Shown: positions 1-10,151, counted from the stretch's first letter. The stretch is 64,000 nucleotides of DNA from an uncultured delta proteobacterium (GCA_963708295.1 CAVPSJ010000004.1:864001-928000), one strand, 5' to 3'. Numbers and translations: made by a program. The notes: a model not told the origin generated them from the letters alone.

Positions 1-1003
1 GGGTTGCAGCGATGATGCGGATGTCTACCTTGATTTGGCCGGTGCCCCCCACACGATGGATATTCTTATCCTGTAAAACCCGCAACATTCTGACCTGAGC
101 CTGGAGCGGCAGTTCGCCCACCTCATCCAAAAAGATTGTTCCCCCATCGGCGCGCTCAAAGCAGCCTCGCTTTTGAGAAATGGCGCCGGTAAAAGCACCC
201 TTTTCATGGCCGAAGAGTTCGCTGTCGATGAGGGTTTCAGGAATGGCCCCGCAATTCACCTGGATGAAGGCGCCGTTCTTGCGACGGGACAAACTGTGGA
301 TCGCATTCGCGATAATTTCCTTCCCTACCCCTGTCTCTCCCTGCAACAGGACCGGACTGTCCAGAGGAGCGACTTCCCTGACCATTTCCATGACTTCTTT
401 TAGACCAAAGTCCTCGCCGATCACATCCCCGGAAAAATGCTGAAGTCTGCCCTGGAGATAACGAAGGTCATCCGCCATGATCTCTTTGAGTTGATTCAGC
501 TCATCATACCGTAGGGAATTCGAGAGGGCGATCGCAAAAGGTTCATACAGGATTGAGTATAATCGCAAATGCTCCTCCGAGTACCGGTCGAGTCCCTCTG
601 CGAACAGGACCAAGTTCCCAAGTTTTGTTTCTTTGACGGCCAGGTGCATCACCATAATGGAATCGTTCCATCGTCCGGTCCTTTGCACGATCGGTCTTGC
701 AACCGGATCCATGATCACGCGATTCCGTATCATGACGGGTGGAAGGCCAGGGCCATCGAGGAACCTCTTTCCCTCGTCGTCGAGCGGCAGAACTGTATTG
801 ACCCTACTGGCCTCTGTGGGGGTGGCTATCGCAATCGTCCTTAATGCACTCAATCCCCGATCATAAAGGCTGAGTTGGAATCTATCCGCTGGCATAAAGG
901 ATCTCAGGAAGATGAGACAATCCTTCATGGCCAACTCAAAATCGAGATTTCCACAGATGCGCAGCGTAGCCTGGCGGAAGAATTCATTTTCGTCGATCAT
1001 CAT
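1..1003 (-). CDS. Sigma-54-dependent transcriptional activator (GAF-like N-terminus + AAA+ domain), 3' end runs off the window
   Basis: Manual minus-strand translation from ATG at 1003 (MMIDENEFFRQATLRICG). Walker A LLQGETGVGKE, VNCGAIP, HEKGAFTGA (same frame as the start) and GTIFLDEVGEL. Absent from the ORF track because there is no stop inside the window. Confidence 0.93.
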   Translation of the reverse strand, partial: MMIDENEFFRQATLRICGNLDFELAMKDCLIFLRSFMPADRFQLSLYDRGLSALRTIAIATPTEASRVNTVLPLDDEGKRFLDGPGLPPVMIRNRVIMDPVARPIVQRTGRWNDSIMVMHLAVKETKLGNLVLFAEGLDRYSEEHLRLYSILYEPFAIALSNSLRYDELNQLKEIMADDLRYLQGRLQHFSGDVIGEDFGLKEVMEMVREVAPLDSPVLLQGETGVGKEIIANAIHSLSRRKNGAFIQVNCGAIPETLIDSELFGHEKGAFTGAISQKRGCFERADGGTIFLDEVGELPLQAQVRMLRVLQDKNIHRVGGTGQIKVDIRIIAAT

Positions 1004-1052
1004 ATTTCTAATTCCACCCGAGTCAGAAAAAATTAGGAGATGTTAATTATTT

Positions 1053-1114
1053 ATCATATTTGACAATTTAACGCAAAATCGTCTAATATGACAGGGGATT
1101 GGTCATATTTGACA
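1053..1114. promoter_or_regulatory. Three putative upstream activator sequences (imperfect palindrome GTCA-N4-TGAC) for the adjacent sigma-54 activator
   Basis: ATCATATTTGACA (1053-1065), GTCTAATATGACA (1081-1093) and GTCATATTTGACA (1102-1114), 50-110 bp upstream of a -24/-12 box. Confidence 0.65.
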
Positions 1115-1165
1115 AATTCGAAACAACAATATTTTTATGTACTTGATATTACAATATAAAATTAA

Positions 1166-1181
1166 TGGCACATTTTTCGCA
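1166..1181 (+). promoter_or_regulatory. Sigma-54 (-24/-12) promoter
   Basis: TGGCACATTTTTCGCA has exact GG-N10-GC spacing, lies in AT-rich DNA and is divergent from a bEBP gene. Confidence 0.85.
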
Positions 1182-1384
1182 ATGATCTTTATAGACGTCT
1201 TCATCGCTGTCAATTCATGATCCCGGGCATCACATCTCTTCATGTCCAATCAAAGTTCTGAATCCTGATTTCTATGAGAAGCACTATGCCCAGGGTATGA
1301 TCACCGAAGAATAGAAGGATCACATCAAGGTGTGGCGTCAGGAAAGGTGATGGCGGGAAAACAGCAGGACTGGGAAGGGCTGTT

Positions 1385-2513
1385 GTGAAAGAGGAGACAA
1401 GTTCAAGAAGACGGGAATTCGCGAGCAAAACCCACAGCCTCACGAATAGCGGTCGTCATGTTGTTCTAAGGGGATCACAAGGCAGCAAGGGCAGCCGGAG
1501 AACTTCGAACGGTTCTGCAGATATCCTCCAAAGAACGAAGAAGATCGCTGTTGAGGAACACTGGGCGAATCAGGAGCTGAACGACCTACGGACCGAGTGG
1601 GGGAAGAGAACGAGATACCCCATTACTGTCGATCCAAAGGCCATCGGATACTCCTTCCCCAGGGCGCCGGACTTCGAGAAATTCCGTCTTCCTTTCATGG
1701 ACGAATTCGGCATCTGCCCTGCAGGTCATTTCAACAGGCTCCCCCGGCATTCAGGGGTACGCCGACGCGCAGACCGCCGTCACCAAGGCAAAGCAGATCA
1801 ACGATACACAGGCAGAAATCATTCGGAAGTACCCCGGACGCTTTGCGGGTTTTGCGGGCTTGCCCACCCAGGACCCGAAGGCCGCCGCCGATGAGCTCGA
1901 GCGGGCGGTGAAACAGTTGGGATTCAAGGGCGCCATGATACAGGGCAGCACCAACTGGGAGTATCTCGACGACGCGAAGTACTGGGTGATCTGGGAGACG
2001 GGCAGAAGCCCTGGAAGTGCCCATCTATCTGCATGTGCAGGAGCCTTCTTTTGATTCGGCAAAGTATACGCGGGACACCCCGAACTGACCGGTGCTACCT
2101 GGGCCTGGGGGGTCGAGACGGGCACTCATGCGCTCCGTATCATCAACGCCGGGGTCTTCGACGCATTCCCCAAGGCCACACTGATTCTGGGACACCTCGG
2201 TGAATCTCTTCCATATCTCCTTGGCCGTCTGGATGAGGGGTACGTCATGGCTGCCAAGAGCGGCAGAAAGCTCCAGAAGCGGCTTTCCGAATACATCAGG
2301 AGTAACATTCTCGTCACGACGAGCGGCCTCTACAGACCGGAGGCGCTGTTGTGCGCGATAAGCGCCATGGGCGAGGACCGCGTCCTCTATTCCATGGACT
2401 ATCCCTTTGTGCATCCCAAGGCCTCCATCGACTGTTTTGAGAGCACTCCAATGAGCGATGAAGTGCGAGAGAAGATAGCACACCTGAATGCTGAACGATG
2501 GTTGAAGCTTTAG
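1385..2513 (+). CDS. Amidohydrolase-2 family metal-dependent (de)carboxylase/hydrolase, probable Tat signal, several frameshifts
   Basis: Pieces in ORFs 1385-1894, 1860-2054 and 2247-2513: KKIAVEEHW, LPTQDPKAAADELERAVKQLGFKG, GHLGE, TTSG, SMDYPF. Collinear with the intact paralog at 48221-49333. N-terminus SRRREF. Confidence 0.85.
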
Positions 2514-2769
2514 GGAGGCATGCCTGCCGGACGGCGAAATCCTGTGACCGGACAGTGAGAAGGAGGCTGGTAGCCTTTTTGAGAGGAGGAACCACTATAA
2601 TCTACCGATCCAGTTCCAACCCAGAACGATGACGGGCGGAACCCGGTTTTTTGGAGATAGAAAAGTTGCGGAGAAAGGGGGTGTTCATTCTTCTCAAGAA
2701 CAAGAAAATCAAATCTCGGACGGAGTGGCTGTAATCATTAATTAAGCAATATTACAAAGGAGGCATGTC

Positions 2770-3969
2770 ATGAGGAAAAAGCAATGGATCGGAATTACGC
2801 TGTGTATTTGTCTGATGCTATGGGTGGCTTTAGCGCCCGCGTATGCTCAGCCGGCAGCACCCAAGGCCATAAAGATTGGGATTATGATTTCCATGACCGG
2901 TCCCGATGCCGCGATCGGAAGGCCGGCCAAAGACGGTTACGAAATGGCAGCGGCAAAAATCAATAAGGACGGCGGTGTTTTCGTCAAGGAATACGGCAAA
3001 AAAATACCTCTTGAAATTTCAATCCTGGATATGGAGACCAACCCGGAGAAGGCGATCGCCCGAGCGGAGGCATTCAATCAACAAGGCGCTTCTATTGTCT
3101 GCGGCACGACCATGATGAGTGGGTCTTCCGATGTCTTTGAAAAGAATAAGTTACCTGCCATCACCTCATTGGTGACCAATGTCGCGCTTTGGGAGAGGGG
3201 CTTTAAGTACTATTTTGGTCTCAGTAAGCTCAACGATGGGATCGTCAATGCAGTCTTCGGTGCCTTCGGAAAAATCCCCAAGGATCAAAGGCCAACCAAG
3301 TGGGCCATGTGGCAAGAGCAAACCGATTGGATCGCTGAGATGTTCAATCTCGCGAAAGAGAAAGCGGCGGCAGCAGGGATTACCTTCGTATCCCATAACA
3401 ATTATCAGGTGCTAACTCCGGATATGAGCAAGCTCATCCTTGAGGCAAAAAAGGCCGGTGCAGAGGTGGTCTTTTCCGGGCCCGTCCCTCCGGATTGCAT
3501 TACGATGCTTAAGCAGATGAAGGAGCTTGATTATAATCCAAAAGCCATCATTATGATCAGGGGGTCCGACGATCCCGTCTGGGTGAAGATGACAGGCGCC
3601 ATGGGTGATTATGTCATCGGATGTCCTGACTGGCATCCTGCGCTAAACTACCCCGGCGTGAAGGAATTGAATGCCGAATACAAGGCCAAGTTTGGAACGG
3701 AAACTCACATTGTTGTCGGGAATGCCTATGCCTCGATTCAGGTCGCAGCCGCGGCGATCGAGAAAGCCGGCACGCTGGACAGAACGAAAATCAGGGATGC
3801 GATTGCCAGCATCGATGTACCGACCGTTTTTGGACAGATCAAGTTTAATGAGAAATGCCGGCGAATCAATGCTCCCCTTGTCGTTACGCAATGGCAGAAG
3901 GGAAAAATGGAGATGGTCTGGCCGGATGACATGAAGTCAAAGGCAATGATTTATCCCCGACCCAAGTAG
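2770..3969 (+). CDS. ABC transporter substrate-binding protein (LivK/PBP1 fold)
   Basis: Signal peptide (APAYA), IKIG...SMTG motif, AAAAIEKAGTLD, AGGAGG RBS. Precedes livGFHM. Confidence 0.92.
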   Translation: MRKKQWIGITLCICLMLWVALAPAYAQPAAPKAIKIGIMISMTGPDAAIGRPAKDGYEMAAAKINKDGGVFVKEYGKKIPLEISILDMETNPEKAIARAEAFNQQGASIVCGTTMMSGSSDVFEKNKLPAITSLVTNVALWERGFKYYFGLSKLNDGIVNAVFGAFGKIPKDQRPTKWAMWQEQTDWIAEMFNLAKEKAAAAGITFVSHNNYQVLTPDMSKLILEAKKAGAEVVFSGPVPPDCITMLKQMKELDYNPKAIIMIRGSDDPVWVKMTGAMGDYVIGCPDWHPALNYPGVKELNAEYKAKFGTETHIVVGNAYASIQVAAAAIEKAGTLDRTKIRDAIASIDVPTVFGQIKFNEKCRRINAPLVVTQWQKGKMEMVWPDDMKSKAMIYPRPK

Positions 3970-3986
3970 CATGTCATAAATTTCGT

Positions 3987-4026
3987 GCATTCCAACCGCT
4001 GAGTTTCGCGGTTGGAATGCTTTCTT
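3987..4026 (+). terminator. Hairpin (terminator or mRNA-stabilising stem) after the SBP gene
   Basis: GCATTCCAACCGC-N8-GCGGTTGGAATGC followed by TTTCTT. Confidence 0.7.
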
Positions 4027-4053
4027 ATTGAGCTGTAAAGATCGAACGGATTC

Positions 4054-4376
4054 TAAATCCGAAGCACGGAATACGAAATTCGAAACAAAAAAGATGTCGA
4101 ATCCTAAACTCGAAACCCCTGCCTTCGCCGGAGCGGCTTCGCACAGGCAGGCTAAACTCTAAACAAACCCATTCGACAGGGCCCATGGCCCTGAGTCTTA
4201 TCGAAGGGTCAAATGTCCCTGCCTACCGGCAGGCAGGCAAAGCACAAACTCAAAACCATATGACTTAGAAAATATTCGGTTTAATTTTTGAGCAGTCAAA
4301 ATTACTTTTTGAGTTTTATATTTAGGATTTAGAGTTTAATGTTTAGAGTTTGAACAAATTCGGATTTCGGATTTTT
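4054..4376. repeat. Composite intergenic element: inverted 7-nt repeat arrays with nested REP-like hairpins
   Basis: Left arm AAATCCGAAGCACGGAATACGAAATTCGAAAC, right arm TTTAGGATTTAGAGTTT...TTCGGATTTCGGATTT. Internal palindromes CCTGCC...CAGGCAGG, TTCGACAGG...TCGAAGGG and CCTGCCTACCGGCAGGCAGG. Related element at 13651-13799. Confidence 0.7.
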
Positions 4377-4449
4377 TGAGGTCCTATTGCTTCCGGCCGG
4401 GACGGGTCAGGTCAAAAGACGCCCATCGGCCACAACACGCAAGTAAGAC

Positions 4450-5181
4450 ATGAAATTGCTTGAAGTAGACAACGTTTCGAAAGCGTTTGGCGGTGTGCTT
4501 GCTGTCAATCGGGTGAGCTTTCATCTCGACCAGGGAGAGGTGCTGGGACTGATTGGTCCTAACGGAGCGGGCAAAAGCACGCTGTTCAACATCATATCGG
4601 GGATTTTCAAGCCGAACACAGGTACGGTGAGGTTCAATAATAAAGATATCACCGGGATGGCTCCTTATAAGATATGCGAGAGCGGGATAGCCCGGACCTT
4701 CCAGTTGGTTAAACCTTTCAGCCGGTTAACTTCACTGGAAAACGTGATGGTAGGAAGAGCTTACGGCAGCCATCCGGCTCGGGATACAAGAGAGGCCCGC
4801 ATCGAATCGGAGCAGATATTGGCTTTTACCCGCTTGGCAAACAAACAGACAAGGACGGCGGGCATGCTTAGCCTGGTGGACCGGAAGCGGTTGGAAATTG
4901 CCCGAGCCCTGGCCACGAAACCTAAGTTGCTCTTACTGGATGAGATGATGGCAGGTTTGAACCCGGCAGAGCTGGATGATGCGATTGCGCTGGTGAAGTC
5001 AATCAGAGATTCGGGCATCAGCCTCATCGTTGTTGAACATGTCATGAAAGTGATCATGGGGATTTCGGACAGGGTCATTGTGCTGAAGACCGGCGAGAAA
5101 ATAGCGGATGGCACCCCTCAGGAGATTGTCTCCAATCGCGAGGTTGTGAAGGCCTATTTAGGAGGAGAAGTCTCGTGTTAA
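4450..5181 (+). CDS. livG: Branched-chain-type ABC transporter ATP-binding protein
   Basis: GPNGAGKST, IARTFQ, LLLLDE, VVEH. Confidence 0.93.
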   Translation: MKLLEVDNVSKAFGGVLAVNRVSFHLDQGEVLGLIGPNGAGKSTLFNIISGIFKPNTGTVRFNNKDITGMAPYKICESGIARTFQLVKPFSRLTSLENVMVGRAYGSHPARDTREARIESEQILAFTRLANKQTRTAGMLSLVDRKRLEIARALATKPKLLLLDEMMAGLNPAELDDAIALVKSIRDSGISLIVVEHVMKVIMGISDRVIVLKTGEKIADGTPQEIVSNREVVKAYLGGEVSC

Positions 5182-5885
5182 AGATTACCCATATCGATGT
5201 CTATTATGGTGACCTTCAGGCATTATGGGATGTCTCGCTGACGATCGGAGAAGGGGAAATCGTGACGCTGGTTGGTTCCAATGGCGCGGGCAAGAGCACC
5301 CTCATGAATACCATCTCAGGGTTACTCAAAATTCGAGCCGGATCCATTGAATTTCGTGGCATTCGCCTCGACAGCTTGCCTGCACACTCAATTGTAGAAC
5401 ATGGCATTTCCATGGTTCCTGAGGGAAGAAGAATATTCCCGCAGATGAGTGTCCTGGAGAACCTGGAGATGGGTGCTTCGATTCACGCAGCGCGCAAGGT
5501 AAGGCAAAAAACGCTCAAAGAGATCTATGAGGTCTTTCCGATTTTGGGAGAGAGAGCCAAACAAAGGGCGGGGACGCTGAGCGGGGGAGAGCAACAGATG
5601 TTAGCCATCGGCAGGGCCCTGATGTCACAACCGAAGGGTCTCTTAATCGATGAAATGTCCCTGGGTTTGAGCCCTCTTGTGGTGCAAGAACTCTCCCGTG
5701 TTATTCAGAGCATCAATAAGGCAAACCATTTGACCATTTTCGTTGTCGAGCAGGATGTGCCACTGGCTTTATCGATGGCTCACCGTGGTTATGTGATAGA
5801 AAATGGGCGTATTATAGACCAGGGTGACGCGAAGTCTCTGTTATGCAGTGCACGTATTAAAGAGGCCTATTTGGGGGCGGCGTAG
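5175..5885 (+). CDS. livF: Branched-chain-type ABC transporter ATP-binding protein
   Basis: GSNGAGKST, VPEGRRIF, LSGGEQQMLAIGRALM. Confidence 0.93.
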   Translation: MLKITHIDVYYGDLQALWDVSLTIGEGEIVTLVGSNGAGKSTLMNTISGLLKIRAGSIEFRGIRLDSLPAHSIVEHGISMVPEGRRIFPQMSVLENLEMGASIHAARKVRQKTLKEIYEVFPILGERAKQRAGTLSGGEQQMLAIGRALMSQPKGLLIDEMSLGLSPLVVQELSRVIQSINKANHLTIFVVEQDVPLALSMAHRGYVIENGRIIDQGDAKSLLCSARIKEAYLGAA

Positions 5886-5904
5886 AGAAGAGGGAAGTGG
5901 GTCT

Positions 5905-6792
5905 ATGGAAATCGTATTCCAGACGATGGCCAATGGTTTGTTGGTCGGGGCTCTCTACGGGCTGGTCGCGCTTGGGTTTGCTCTGCTGATGGGCGTCATG
6001 AAATTCCTCAATACGGCTCATGGGACATTCATCATCCTGGGTGGCTATCTGAGCTACTGGCTCCTGGAGCTTTGGGGGATTGACCCATTCCTTTCGCTAC
6101 CCTTGGTCGTCATGGCCATGTTCCTCATCGGGATCGTCTTCTATAAGCTGGCTCTTTCGCCCTTGCTGAAATTACCGAACATCGGAATGCGAATTAACAC
6201 TTCCATGCTGATTACCTTTGGCTCGATCTGGGTCCTGGATAACACGATGACCTTGCTCTGGACCCCTGATGTCCGAAGTATCATGACCTCCTACACCGGA
6301 CAGACCTTAAAGCTTCTCGGCGTTAGATTCAGCCTCACCGGTCTCGGCGGAGTGGGCGTTGCTGTTCTGGTGGCATTGGCGCTCTATTTTATTCTCAGCG
6401 GGACTTATTTTGGCAAACATATCCGGGCGGCGACGCAGGATGCTGTCGCAGCCAGCCTCTGTGGAATCAACGTTCAACGTACCTATTTATTTTCATGTGG
6501 CATAGCGATCGCGCTGGCAGGCGTGGCCGGGATGGTGGTCGTTTCAAGTTATTCCATCAGCTCGACCGCCGGCATCGGTTGGCTATCCTCAGCGTTTGTG
6601 GTCATGGTTCTTGCGGGTGAAGGAAACATCAATGCCATTATTCCTGCCGGTATGCTCCTGGGGCTGATTGAGTCGGCAGGTCTTCTGGTGGTGGGGGTTT
6701 CGTACCGCCAGGCGATCGCGCTGATCGTCTTTATCATCGTCCTCATGATCAAACCCCAGGGATTGTTCGCCAAAAAGGAGTATGGATCCTGA
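5905..6792 (+). CDS. livH: Branched-chain-type ABC transporter permease
   Basis: NGLLVGALYGLVALG, NTAHG, GKHIRAATQD, KPQGLF. ATG at 5905 is in frame with the ORF from 5824. Confidence 0.92.
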   Translation: MEIVFQTMANGLLVGALYGLVALGFALLMGVMKFLNTAHGTFIILGGYLSYWLLELWGIDPFLSLPLVVMAMFLIGIVFYKLALSPLLKLPNIGMRINTSMLITFGSIWVLDNTMTLLWTPDVRSIMTSYTGQTLKLLGVRFSLTGLGGVGVAVLVALALYFILSGTYFGKHIRAATQDAVAASLCGINVQRTYLFSCGIAIALAGVAGMVVVSSYSISSTAGIGWLSSAFVVMVLAGEGNINAIIPAGMLLGLIESAGLLVVGVSYRQAIALIVFIIVLMIKPQGLFAKKEYGS

Positions 6793-7727
6793 TGAATTGG
6801 AAGAAACTGTCCATCCTCGGGGTTTTGGTCATGGTGTTTCTGATTCCTCCTTTGATTTGGGATATCGGAACCAGTGTCCTGAATCTGCTGATCATGCTGT
6901 TTATCTATATCATCCTCGCTCAGAGCTGGAACCTGATGGGAGGCTATACAGGACAGATTAATCTGGGTCTGGCTGCTTTCTTTGGTTGCGGGACGCTGGT
7001 GACGCATTTCATCTGGAAGGCTGGGGTCCCCTTTTATCTGGCGATGACAGCGGGTGGAGTCGCTGCCATGTTGTTGGCCGTGGTGATTGGTTTGCCTACC
7101 CTCAGGTTGAAAGGGATGTATTTTGGCATAGGGACGTTCGCATTGGCAGAGGTGTGCCGAATCGTGGTGGGGAGCACTTTCCATCGGATGCTTAAGATGC
7201 CCAGTTCCTATGTTGCTTCCTATAGCCTTGTTTCCCGTTATTACGTTGCCTTTGTTGTAGCCGTCCTGGCAATCGTCATCGTTTACCTGGTGACCCATTC
7301 AAAGCTGGGACTGGGAATGGTTGCGGTTCGGGACGACGAAACAGCAGCCCAGGTGACCGGTGTCAACACGTTCAAATGTAAGGTGTTGGCATTATTCATC
7401 AGCGCACTGTTGGCCGGACTGGCCGGGGGCGTCTTCGCTTACTTGCGGCTTTCCTTCCATTACATCTTCATGATGTTCAGTCCTGTCTGGACGTTTGAAC
7501 CCCTCATGGCAGCGATCATCGGCGGTGCCGGCACATTAGCGGGACCGATTATAGGCAGCATTTTCCTGGTCATCCTTTCAGAGATCTTTGCGCTTAAATT
7601 GGGAGAAACACATCTCATCATATTCGGGTTTCTGTTCATTCTGGTCGTGATGTACTTCCCCTCCGGACTGGTCGGGTCTATAGACCAAATTCGGCAGAAG
7701 ATAAGTGGTGTTGGCCGGAAGAGCTAA
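6792..7727 (+). CDS. livM: Branched-chain-type ABC transporter permease
   Basis: SWNLMGGYTGQINLG, AVRDDETAA, IGGAGTLAGP. Confidence 0.92.
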   Translation: MNWKKLSILGVLVMVFLIPPLIWDIGTSVLNLLIMLFIYIILAQSWNLMGGYTGQINLGLAAFFGCGTLVTHFIWKAGVPFYLAMTAGGVAAMLLAVVIGLPTLRLKGMYFGIGTFALAEVCRIVVGSTFHRMLKMPSSYVASYSLVSRYYVAFVVAVLAIVIVYLVTHSKLGLGMVAVRDDETAAQVTGVNTFKCKVLALFISALLAGLAGGVFAYLRLSFHYIFMMFSPVWTFEPLMAAIIGGAGTLAGPIIGSIFLVILSEIFALKLGETHLIIFGFLFILVVMYFPSGLVGSIDQIRQKISGVGRKS

Positions 7728-7777
7728 TCTGAAAGGAAAACGGATTGTTTTCTTACGACAACTCAAGGAGGGTTGAA

Positions 7778-8692
7778 GTGATTCCAAAGAAAAAGATTAT
7801 TGGCTTATCCTGTGGAAGAGTGAACGGCAACAGTGAAATTCTTTTAAAGGAAGCTGTGATGGGAGCGGAGGAGATCGGAGTCCAATCAGAAATCATCCGC
7901 GCCATGGAGCTGAGAGTCAAACACTGCACGGGTTGTGAAGCCTGCTCCATGGCCATGGCCCGGGGAAAGGAATCAAGATGCGCGATCAAAGACGATGATG
8001 TCGAGTGGATTCTGGAAAAGGTCCTGGTGGAGGATTGCGGTCTCATCGTCAGTACCCCGGTCTATCATTTAAGGTCCAACGGATGTTTTGAGATTATTAA
8101 TGAGCGAATGCTTCCAACGATGTTCAGGAATCCGGGGATTCTGAAAAAGACAAGAGTAGGAGCGATCATTTCTGTCGGCGGGGGGGAGCCCGAATGGACC
8201 CCCTTAGGGCTCACATCGGCCAATATCTTTGTCCAACATACCCGAAAACTGGTCGATCAAATCCAGGTGAATTTCGTGGGACGCCCGGGCGCTGTTTTGG
8301 CGAGACCGGAGGTCCTCCAGCGGGCCAGGGAATTGGGACGAAGAGTTGCCAGGGCAATGAAGGTGCCGATTGAAGAAGTGAAATACTTGGGCGAAGACAA
8401 AGACGTTTCTTGCCCGGTCTGCCACTGCAACGTCGTGCAGGTGTTTGAGAAATTGCCGGATGTCTACTGCCCGGTATGCTGGGTCCATGGTGTCCTATCT
8501 GCCGAGGGAGGCAAAATGAAGGTGAAGTGGAACGAAGAGGATGCAAAGCATCCCCGGTTTTCCGAAAAAGGGGTTTTCACGCATTTGGAATTGATCAAAA
8601 ACCTTCAGAAAAAATTCTTTACAGAAGATCAGGACAAAGTCAAAGCACTGATGCCAAAATATACAGCGTACGGCAACATTGTAAAACCCTAA
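7778..8692 (+). CDS. Flavodoxin/FMN-reductase-fold protein with C-terminal CxxC-CxxC module, flavone reductase (FLR)-like, paralog 1
   Basis: GLSCGRVNGNSEIL, CTGCEAC, STPVY, SVGGG, CPVCH...CPVCW. GTG start 6 nt after AAGGAGG. Confidence 0.85.
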   Translation: MIPKKKIIGLSCGRVNGNSEILLKEAVMGAEEIGVQSEIIRAMELRVKHCTGCEACSMAMARGKESRCAIKDDDVEWILEKVLVEDCGLIVSTPVYHLRSNGCFEIINERMLPTMFRNPGILKKTRVGAIISVGGGEPEWTPLGLTSANIFVQHTRKLVDQIQVNFVGRPGAVLARPEVLQRARELGRRVARAMKVPIEEVKYLGEDKDVSCPVCHCNVVQVFEKLPDVYCPVCWVHGVLSAEGGKMKVKWNEEDAKHPRFSEKGVFTHLELIKNLQKKFFTEDQDKVKALMPKYTAYGNIVKP

Positions 8693-8785
8693 CCCCACTC
8701 CCACCCCACCCTTCCCCTCCCCCTGAAGGGGAGGGAAATCGCTATCTTCCTCCCCCTTCAAGGGGGAGGTTAGGAGGGGGATGGG
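8693..8785. repeat. REP-like paired GC-rich hairpins
   Basis: CCCTCCCCCTGAAGGGGAGGG and CCTCCCCCTTCAAGGGGGAGG, enclosed by outer C-rich/G-rich arms. Confidence 0.7.
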
Positions 8786-8843
8786 ATTTGTCGAAGTAGT
8801 ATAATTATGTCTTCTCAAAGATGGACTTATTTGTAGCTGTTAA

Positions 8844-10151
8844 ATGATATCGAAAGGTCCTCCCCAGGTCAGAATAGCCCTTCGCAATTGTGGTGAGATC
8901 GACCCCGGAAATATCGATCACTATATCGGCCGCGGCGGGTACAGCGGACTGGTCAGGGCTCTGAAGATGGTTCCTGAAGAGGTGATCGAAGAGGTGGGTA
9001 GGTCCGGGCTCCGGGAGCGAGGCGGGGACGGATTTCCCGCGGGAAAGAAGTGGCGCCTCAGTTTCAATGCACCAGGCAGTGAGAAGATTGTGATCTGCAA
9101 TGCCGCAGAAGGCGACCCGAATTCTCTCACGGCCCGGGCCCTGCTGGAAGGAGACCCCCATTCCGTCTTAGAGGGAATGGGCATTGGTGCCTATGCCATT
9201 GGAGCCGGCCTGGGGTGGATCTATATTAATGCTGAATACGGATTGGCGATTAACAGACTCAGGACTGCTTTGAAGCAAGCGGAGGATCATAGGTTTCTAG
9301 GGGATCATCTTCTGGATTCCAACATCCCTTTCCGCATCGAGGTTAAAGAAGGGACGGGCAAACTCGCCTGCGGCGACGAGACTTTCCTGATCAACGCCAT
9401 AGAAGGTAAGCAAACCATGCCTTTCGTTTGTTCTTCTCACCCTCCCGTATCCGGGCTGGGGGGTAAGCCAACCCTCATCCATCAGGCAGAGACCTGGGCC
9501 CATGTCTCTGCTGTCATGGAGAAGGGTGCAGAATGGTACGCTGGCTTCGGCACTGAGCAAAGCAGGGGGACGAAAGTTTGGAGTTTATCGGGAAAGGTGA
9601 TGCATTCCGGGTTGATCGAGGTCCCCATGGGCATACCTCTCCGTGAAATTGTTTATGACATCGGAGGAGGCCTCCCGGATGGCAAGTCTCTAAAAGCAAT
9701 CCGGGTCGGCGGTTCCACAGGCGGTTATCTACCGCCAAGTTCCCTGGACCTGCCCATTGACGAGGAGCATCTGTCCGCTGCCGGGACCCTCATGGGGTCC
9801 GGAAACATTCTGGTGATCGATAGCGATGCCTGCATCGTTGATCAAGCGAAGTGCTCTCTCTCCTTCATCCGGAGTGAATCGTGCGGCAAGTGCGTTTTTT
9901 GCCGTGAAGGTACGATGCAAATGGCAGAAATTCTGGCGGACATTACCGAAGGCAGGGGAAAAGCTCATGATATCGACCTGCTGTTAGAGTTGGGGGAAGG
10001 TCTTAAGTTGGGGGCTCAATGCGATCTGGGCAGGACGGCAGCTTATCCGGCCCTCACCGCGATCCGGTATTTTCGCGAGGAACTTGAAGCGCATATCAAG
10101 GATAGAAAGTGTCAGGCGCGCGTCTGCAAAACCCTTGAGCCGTCGACGTAG
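8844..10151 (+). CDS. NuoF/HydB-like NADH-binding flavoprotein subunit, truncated and divergent
   Basis: QVRIALRNCGEIDP, SGLRERGGDGFPAGKKW, CNAAEGDP, GTKVWSLSG, ESCGKCVFCREG, QCDLG, HIKDRKCQARVC. Confidence 0.88.
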   Translation: MISKGPPQVRIALRNCGEIDPGNIDHYIGRGGYSGLVRALKMVPEEVIEEVGRSGLRERGGDGFPAGKKWRLSFNAPGSEKIVICNAAEGDPNSLTARALLEGDPHSVLEGMGIGAYAIGAGLGWIYINAEYGLAINRLRTALKQAEDHRFLGDHLLDSNIPFRIEVKEGTGKLACGDETFLINAIEGKQTMPFVCSSHPPVSGLGGKPTLIHQAETWAHVSAVMEKGAEWYAGFGTEQSRGTKVWSLSGKVMHSGLIEVPMGIPLREIVYDIGGGLPDGKSLKAIRVGGSTGGYLPPSSLDLPIDEEHLSAAGTLMGSGNILVIDSDACIVDQAKCSLSFIRSESCGKCVFCREGTMQMAEILADITEGRGKAHDIDLLLELGEGLKLGAQCDLGRTAAYPALTAIRYFREELEAHIKDRKCQARVCKTLEPST

